A DNA stretch of 64,000 nt from an uncultured Bdellovibrionales bacterium (GTDB lineage: Bacteria > Bdellovibrionota_C > UBA2361 > SZUA-149 > CAZDWZ01), in contig CAYOOT010000001.1 of NCBI GenBank assembly GCA_964405665.1, positions 30,046-94,045 of the forward strand, in the 5' to 3' direction. Position numbers and translations under genes: made by a program. Numbering within the stretch: the stretch's first letter is position 1; each line of letters opens with the position of its first letter. Under the pieces are notes generated by a model that saw only the letters and a program-made list of their open reading frames with translations, searched no databases and had not been told where the DNA came from. Positions 58,337 through 64,000 of the stretch are shown in pieces.

Positions 58337-60097
58337 CTAAAGAACATCCCAAGGATACTTCTGTTCTTTAATTAAATGATCGGAAAGCTTTTTGTAATAT
58401 TTATCTTCATCCCGTTCAATTGCTTTAATGTTTTCATTAATTCGAGTACTGGCTAAAGTTGTATAAAGCTTAGCCAAAGTTATTTCCTGAGAGAAATTTG
58501 CTGCCGGATTAGTGCCAATCATCGTTGTCACTCGAGATAAAACTGCAAATCCTACAAAAGTATCAATCGCAATTTCCGCTATCCGTTTTTGAGCAAATTG
58601 CTGATCGACCACATCTTTTCTATACTTCTTGAGCAATGCCCCGGAAGCTTTACTTAGCTGTAAAGTTGTTTTTTCAAAATATTCTGCTTGCTCCTTTAAT
58701 TCTGGATGCACTTGTTCAAACTTATCCATCCCAATAGAAGTTAATTCAGTAAACTTCTTGCCCGCATAATTGGACAAAACTCCAAAACCCTTAATCGGAT
58801 CATTGAGTAACTTCCCAGCGCTTGATCCAATCTCTTTTAAATATTCACCAACGTCTTTGATTCCAGACAAAGCTATATACAAACGAAGAATTTCGTTTGT
58901 CCCTTCAAAAATTAAATTAATTCGAGAATCGCGTACAATTCTTTCATAGGGAAAATCACGCATAAAACCATTTCCACCGGCCACTTGCAGAGCTTCATTA
59001 GCTACTGTCCATAAGGCTTCTGCTGCATAAACTTTACTGATTGCAGCCTCTATTGAATAGTCCTCCACTCCACTATCGATATAGTGACCGACTAAACCCA
59101 CAACACTTTCTGTGGCAAAACAAAGTGTCGCCATCTTAGCTAATTTTTCCTGAACCAAACCGAATTCTGAAATACTTTTTCCAAACTGTTTTCTTTCCGT
59201 TGCTTGTTTTGTGGCAAGGGCAATACATCTTTTCATTGCTCCCACAGAACCGCCACCCAAGCCGGTTCTTCCATTATTTAAAATACTCATTGCTACTTTA
59301 AAGCCCTTACCTTCTTCTCCTAACAAACAATGGGCCGGAACATTGACATTATCAAAGCGAACTGTAGTCGTGGCAGAAGCCCTGATGCCCATTTTATCTT
59401 CTTTTGGTCCGGTCTCTACTCCGGGCCAGGAACGTTCAACAAGGAAAGCGGTTATTTTTCCTGCTTCGGATTCCGTCTTGGCAAATACAGTAAAGAAATC
59501 AGCAAAAGCTCCATTGGTAATCCAAATCTTTTCTCCATTTAAGGTCCAACTACCATCTTTGTTTTTTAAGGCATTTGTTTTAATGGAAGCCGCATCAGAT
59601 CCGGAACCTGCTTCAGTTAAGCAAAATGCAGCAATCATTTCTCCACTGGCAAGTTTGGGAAGATATTTTTTTTTCTGTTCCGCGTTTCCGGAAAGTAAAA
59701 CCCCTTTCATCCCGATAGAACTGTGAGCGGCAATCGTCAGTGTAGTTGCCCCGTCATGATAACTTGCTTGCTCGACCACTCGAGCATAACTGCGATTAGA
59801 AAGACCGAGTCCTTCAAATTCTTCCGGGATAATCAAACCGAATAATCCCAGTTCACGCAGCCCCTGTATGAAATCTTTGGGTTGCTCTCCTTTAACATCA
59901 AATTCTCTAAATTTTTCTGCATAAGGAGTGAGAAATTTATCTACTGAATCTAAGATTAATTTAAGTGTTTCCTTTTCAGCATCAGCAATTTTTGGATAGG
60001 GAAAGATATTGCTCGATAAAATCTGCCCATGAAAAAGCATCTTGGCTGCACTATTTTTTAGGTCCAATTCTTTATTTTTATTGTTATTTAAACTCAC
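58337..60097 (-). CDS. Acyl-CoA dehydrogenase (long-form, with a C-terminal extension)
   Basis: The ACAD N-terminal, middle (CLTEAGSGSDA) and C-terminal domains are present, plus an extra C-terminal tail of about 180 aa. Confidence 0.8.
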   Translation of the reverse strand: MSLNNNKNKELDLKNSAAKMLFHGQILSSNIFPYPKIADAEKETLKLILDSVDKFLTPYAEKFREFDVKGEQPKDFIQGLRELGLFGLIIPEEFEGLGLSNRSYARVVEQASYHDGATTLTIAAHSSIGMKGVLLSGNAEQKKKYLPKLASGEMIAAFCLTEAGSGSDAASIKTNALKNKDGSWTLNGEKIWITNGAFADFFTVFAKTESEAGKITAFLVERSWPGVETGPKEDKMGIRASATTTVRFDNVNVPAHCLLGEEGKGFKVAMSILNNGRTGLGGGSVGAMKRCIALATKQATERKQFGKSISEFGLVQEKLAKMATLCFATESVVGLVGHYIDSGVEDYSIEAAISKVYAAEALWTVANEALQVAGGNGFMRDFPYERIVRDSRINLIFEGTNEILRLYIALSGIKDVGEYLKEIGSSAGKLLNDPIKGFGVLSNYAGKKFTELTSIGMDKFEQVHPELKEQAEYFEKTTLQLSKASGALLKKYRKDVVDQQFAQKRIAEIAIDTFVGFAVLSRVTTMIGTNPAANFSQEITLAKLYTTLASTRINENIKAIERDEDKYYKKLSDHLIKEQKYPWDVL

Positions 60098-60180
60098 GGC
60101 CTACCTCTTTCCTTTCATCGTCTTTTATAGTAAAAAATTAATAGATTAGAGCGGAAGTATTTAATTTATTAATTATACAG

Positions 60181-60299
60181 ATCCCCCCTTCGCTAAACTT
60201 GTCATCCGTAGCTTTAGCGAAGAATGAAGCTTCGGGGGATATAGTTTTTTCTAAAAGTTATGCTCGTAAATAACAAGCATAACTTTTGAAAAATACTAT
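60181..60299. repeat. Composite repeat: an inverted-repeat module (ATCCCCCTTCGCTAAA...CTTCGGGGGAT) followed by a family B palindrome copy
   Basis: ATAGTTTTTTCTAAAAGTTATGC...GCATAACTTTTGAAAAATACTAT lies at 60241-60299. The upstream module shares CTTCGCT/CTAAAGCTACGG cores with 48243-48300. Confidence 0.65.
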
Positions 60300-60313
60300 A
60301 AAATAGCGAGTTT

Positions 60314-61195
60314 ATGGAAATTCAGCAACTAAGAGGTTTTTGCGCAGTAGCAAAATATAAGAATTTTACGGTTGCTGCCCAAAAAACTTTACGAACACAG
60401 CCCACAATCAGCCTTCAGATAAAAGCTTTAGAAGATGAACTAGGGGTGAAGCTCTTTGAACGCCTTGGTCCTAAAAAAGTGAACCTCACTACAGAGGGAC
60501 AAATCCTCCTGGAAATCATTACTCCCTTACTTCACGAAGTGGAAAATATTAAATCCAAATTTAATGAAGCCAGGGGAAATTACACCACCAGTTCGGTTAA
60601 AATAGCAACTCATAGTTCAGTAATGATTTATTTGCTTCCAACAATTATTAAGAAATTTAAATTAACCTATCCCGATTGCCATATTACGATTCTCAATCGG
60701 AATCGTGGAGAAATGATTAATCTTGTAGAAAACGGGGAAGTTGATTTTGGAATAACCTCTTTGGATATGATTCCACAAAATATTGACTATAAGATATTTT
60801 CCAGTTTTAACAGGATATTAATTGCCACAAAAAATCATCCGATCTCCAAGAAAAGTAATATCACTTTAGAGGACATTTCCAAATATCCGCTAATTCTTCC
60901 CACTCAAGATTCCAATACTAGAAAATTAATTGATGAAATGTTTCAGAGACAAAATATTAAATATGAAATTGCCATGGAAGTTGTCGGTAGAACTGCAATA
61001 AAAACTTATGTCGGTATGAATCTTGGTCTTTCCATAATCAATGAGTACTATGTTACCGATGATGATAAATCTAAATTATTTGTAAAAAACTTTTCTCCTT
61101 ATCTTCCTAAAGCAGAAACAGGAATTATCACCAGAAAATCCAAATTGCTTTCTCATCCGGCCAAAGAATTTATTAATTTGATTATCACCTCTTGA
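60314..61195 (+). CDS. LysR-family transcriptional regulator
   Basis: An N-terminal HTH (MEIQQLRGFCAVAKYKNFTVAAQKTLRTQPTISLQIKALEDELGVKLFER) precedes the LysR substrate-binding fold. Confidence 0.85.
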   Translation: MEIQQLRGFCAVAKYKNFTVAAQKTLRTQPTISLQIKALEDELGVKLFERLGPKKVNLTTEGQILLEIITPLLHEVENIKSKFNEARGNYTTSSVKIATHSSVMIYLLPTIIKKFKLTYPDCHITILNRNRGEMINLVENGEVDFGITSLDMIPQNIDYKIFSSFNRILIATKNHPISKKSNITLEDISKYPLILPTQDSNTRKLIDEMFQRQNIKYEIAMEVVGRTAIKTYVGMNLGLSIINEYYVTDDDKSKLFVKNFSPYLPKAETGIITRKSKLLSHPAKEFINLIITS

Positions 61196-61440
61196 TAAAA
61201 ATTTTCTTAAAAAATTTGCTTGGACTTCTTCTTTTTTGAAAAAAAGTGTGATAAATAAAATTGCTTCTGAGGCTAGAATGATCATTCTACTTTTGGCGGC
61301 TGTCATAACTTTTTAGAAAATGCTAGATCAGCCCGCTTTTTCTTAATAGGTATTGGCAAAGTAAAGAGAAAAGCAAGGGGTTGTACAATTTCCATCAACC
61401 TTTTTGAAAAATTCCTTATAATTAATATAGGAGATTAAAA

Positions 61441-61968
61441 ATGCTTAGTTGCTTCGCCAATAAAAATCAAAAAAATATTAGCAAAGTTTTTGCAGTATTT
61501 TCCTGCCTGCTGATTTTTCCATTTTCCAGTTTTGCCGCTGATTTTTGTTGCAGTATTCCCGAAGAAACAACTCTTGAAAAACCACTGAAATATTTAAGCT
61601 CTGCGACTGAAGAAATTTTATTTTATCCTAATAATATTTCAAAACAACTTTCTGAAAAATATAAAAAAGCGATCAGGGATTATAATACTTTTGTAGATAG
61701 AGCCTCTGCTCGCAATAATAAGCGTAGTGATTATGAATTTACTTCTGGCGGCGTAACCATTCCTTCCTATAAATTTACAAGCAGCAAGGAAAGTTTCCAA
61801 AAAACACTTTCTTCAGGCAGCAATTGGTTAAGCAATTTTTATGAAAAGTTTTTAAGTCCAAAGACAGCAGAAGCTTCAGATATCAAGGGTATTTATTCCT
61901 ATCCACAACTAAAATCGATTTTAAATAAAAAATATTCCTTTCAAGACAATGCCCTAGTTGAATTTTAA
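61441..61968 (+). CDS. Secreted hypothetical protein with a signal peptide
   Basis: It has an N-terminal signal (VFAVFSCLLIFPFSSFAADF) and GGAG 10 nt upstream. There is no recognisable domain. Confidence 0.35.
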   Translation: MLSCFANKNQKNISKVFAVFSCLLIFPFSSFAADFCCSIPEETTLEKPLKYLSSATEEILFYPNNISKQLSEKYKKAIRDYNTFVDRASARNNKRSDYEFTSGGVTIPSYKFTSSKESFQKTLSSGSNWLSNFYEKFLSPKTAEASDIKGIYSYPQLKSILNKKYSFQDNALVEF

Positions 61969-62597
61969 TGATTACTCTCTCTCTTTTGGAAAATTCGACA
62001 AAAGGCTTTTCCGATCTTTTTTTAACAAATGCGCTGGTTCAAAACAAAGACTGGTTCAAAAACCCCTTGCCCTTTAAAGTGGAATATTATCTTGCGGCTT
62101 CAACAAAAAAACTCTTTTTTGGAGCAAAAATTTTCAGAAAAGAAATTTGGAAATTCAATTACAAAAAAAAAGCTTTTAAAGAAGGGCTTTTTAAAAGAGA
62201 TGTGGTTGAACTTTTTATTTCGAAAAAAGCCGAACCAAAATATTTGGAAATTAATCTTGATCCCAATGGGGCATATTGGGCAAAAGAATTCACTTCCTAT
62301 CGAAAACGATCTAGAAACAAAGTCGAAAGAGATTCAATTTCTACTTTTGCTTCGCTTAATTCAAAATTTTGGCAAGTAGGATTATCCATCGACTTGGCGG
62401 CAATCCCCTTTAAGATAAAATCCATTAAAAATCTGCAGTTAAATATTTGTGGCATTTTTGGTCGAAATCGGAGATATTACTTATCATACAATATACCCTC
62501 CTCTGAAAAACCAGATTTTCATCAAAGGGTTTTAATCAAAAAAATAAAACTATCTACCCAAAAACATGGCTCAAGATCTAAAAGAAGAAACTCTTAA
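61968..62597 (+). CDS. Hypothetical protein
   Basis: It is an ORF of basic, Lys-rich composition. It is start/stop coupled to the upstream gene and overlaps the downstream gene. Confidence 0.3.
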   Translation: MITLSLLENSTKGFSDLFLTNALVQNKDWFKNPLPFKVEYYLAASTKKLFFGAKIFRKEIWKFNYKKKAFKEGLFKRDVVELFISKKAEPKYLEINLDPNGAYWAKEFTSYRKRSRNKVERDSISTFASLNSKFWQVGLSIDLAAIPFKIKSIKNLQLNICGIFGRNRRYYLSYNIPSSEKPDFHQRVLIKKIKLSTQKHGSRSKRRNS

Positions 62598-64000
62598 TTT
62601 ACTTCAAAATATAGAAACAGCAGATCTGCTAATCAGTTTATATGCTTCCAACGATAAACTAAAACTATTCTTCGAATGTAAGTTAAAAACACCCAATCAA
62701 GCCATTAAAATTTCCAAAACTGACCTATTAAATCTCCTTCCGGAAAATATTTCGCGAGAGCTGATTGATCAAACAATTTTAGAGCAATCAGCAGCTTTTC
62801 TAGAAAAGGGTCAAGACATCAGCAGAAGAAGGATTGCCAAGGGGAAAGAAGTTGTGCCTGGGAAAGATGGCAAATTAGTGCTTCTTGTAAAACCATATGA
62901 CAACAAACACGCAAAACAGGAATTTATAGATCCCTGGTATATCAAGCATTTTGATTTGATTGAAAAAGGATCGATCGTAGCAAGAATCTATCCGATAGTA
63001 GAAGGGAAAAGTGGTCTTGATGTTTTTGGCCAAGCCATTGCAGCCCCCATTCCGATAGAACCAAAAGTTATTATTGATCAAACTCTGGAAATCAAGCCTC
63101 TTCCGGCCAATAATTATAAAAATATTATCGCCAAAGAATCTGGGTACTTAGTCGTCCAAGGACAAAATATGAATATCTCCAATCAACTTAATATTGGCGG
63201 AGACTGCGATCATCAAATCGGAGATTTGGATTTTCTGGGAAATATCAATGTCAAAGGAAATGTCTTAAAAGATTTCGCTCTAAGCGCAAAAGGAAATATC
63301 GAAATTCAGGGAGACGTAATTAACGGTTTTCTTCACAGTTTTGCAGGAGACATAAAAGTCAAAGGTTATATTACTGGAAATCAAAACGAAAATCTTATTT
63401 CATCGGGCAATATTACCAATCAACAAATAGCCAGATTTTCTCGAAAGTTTTTCCCCCAAATTCGCTGTGCTGGAAATTTTAGTGGCAGCACTTTGGACAA
63501 TATCAGTCTCGAAGCAGAAGGAAGTATCGATGTAAGTAAGGAAATTAAATCTTCGCTTGTTCGGACGAAAACTCTTATTAATATTCCTAAAGGAATAATT
63601 ATTGGGGGCGAAATTTTTACTGTATGTGGTTTGGAAGCCCGGATCTTGGGCACTGAAAGCGGAACAAACACCATTATTAATATCACTAGTGATATTGAAT
63701 CTTCAGCTGAATATACAGCCTTGCTTGAAAAATTGAAGTCTCATGAGTCCGCCGAAAATTTACTTCGCCTTTATCTGGGCCCCTATGCTGAAGATATTAA
63801 GAAAGTAAATCTTCTAAAACCAGATTTAAAAGCAAAAATCCAGAATATGTATAATAAATTAAAAGAACTTATTCTTAGTAAAGAAATCATCATCAAGGAA
63901 AAAACTCAGCTTCTTAATAAAGCAAAATATAACCATGTCTATCGAGTTAATTGTTTAGAAAAAATCTATCCTGGAGTAATCATTCAAAGCAGCGATGCGC
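62567..64000 (+). CDS. FapA (DUF342) family protein, partial; it continues past the window end
   Basis: The ORF is open from the ATG at 62567 to the window end. It has a Gly/Asn/Val repetitive beta-solenoid-like region (GDLDFLGNINVKGNVL...GNIEIQGDVINGF...GDIKVKGYITGN) typical of FapA/DUF342. Confidence 0.45.

Noticed and set aside
47141-60299. Whether the dispersed palindromic repeats are a CRISPR array
   Set aside because: The copies are separated by kilobases of genes, not by short unique spacers. They are perfect hairpins in intergenic regions, and no cas genes are present.

Overview
This is a 64-kb chromosomal window from a low-GC (roughly 35% GC) bacterium. It is densely coding on both strands and contains no rRNA, CRISPR array, transposase or integrase. 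From position 1 to about 22.2 kb it holds a surface-polysaccharide (O-antigen/EPS-type) biosynthesis locus. That locus encodes a partial polytopic membrane protein and a tail-anchored Hanks Ser/Thr kinase. It also encodes a NodU/CmcH-type carbamoyltransferase, five GT1/GT4 glycosyltransferases, a Trm112-like zinc-ribbon fused to a SAM methyltransferase, and an MsbA-like ABC exporter. The remaining genes are a Wzc-like BY-kinase, a WecA/MraY-family initiating transferase carrying an extra C-terminal domain, GDP-L-fucose synthase and an FkbM methyltransferase. The rest of the window is housekeeping and metabolism. It includes ispF and a methylmalonyl-CoA mutase catalytic subunit that lacks a B12-binding domain. 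Diverging from the mutase gene are a 12S-type carboxyltransferase and a small biotin carrier. A tRNA-Pro(GGG) follows, then rpsF and rplI directly adjacent with no rpsR between them. The pth, ctc/L25, prs, tRNA-Gln(UUG) and ispE cluster comes next. Further genes are dnaB, a CNNM/CorC transporter, typA, a canonical H+/Na+-pyrophosphatase, feoA-feoB plus a small Cys-rich peptide, crcB, hemB, apt, an acyl-CoA dehydrogenase and a LysR regulator. The window ends with a partial FapA (DUF342) gene. Six observations stand out. (1) Two families of intergenic palindromic (REP/MITE-like) repeats recur at several loci. (2) A separate 28-bp-arm inverted repeat lies next to a low-molecular-weight tyrosine phosphatase. 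(3) A 608-aa membrane protein reads as co-linear with membrane pyrophosphatases but has lost the catalytic Asp-rich motifs. (4) One protein fuses a cytochrome-b-like membrane domain to an HdrD/DsrK-like iron-sulfur domain. (5) A lysine-rich protein carries a PHP-like domain. (6) Ribosomal protein L25 has an Ala/Pro/Thr-rich tail encoded by an unusually GC-rich GCAGCAGC tract. I found no clear defence or mobile system. Product calls rest on recognisable motifs in the supplied translations. Coordinates I derived by hand (tRNAs, repeats, alternative starts) may be off by 1-2 nt.
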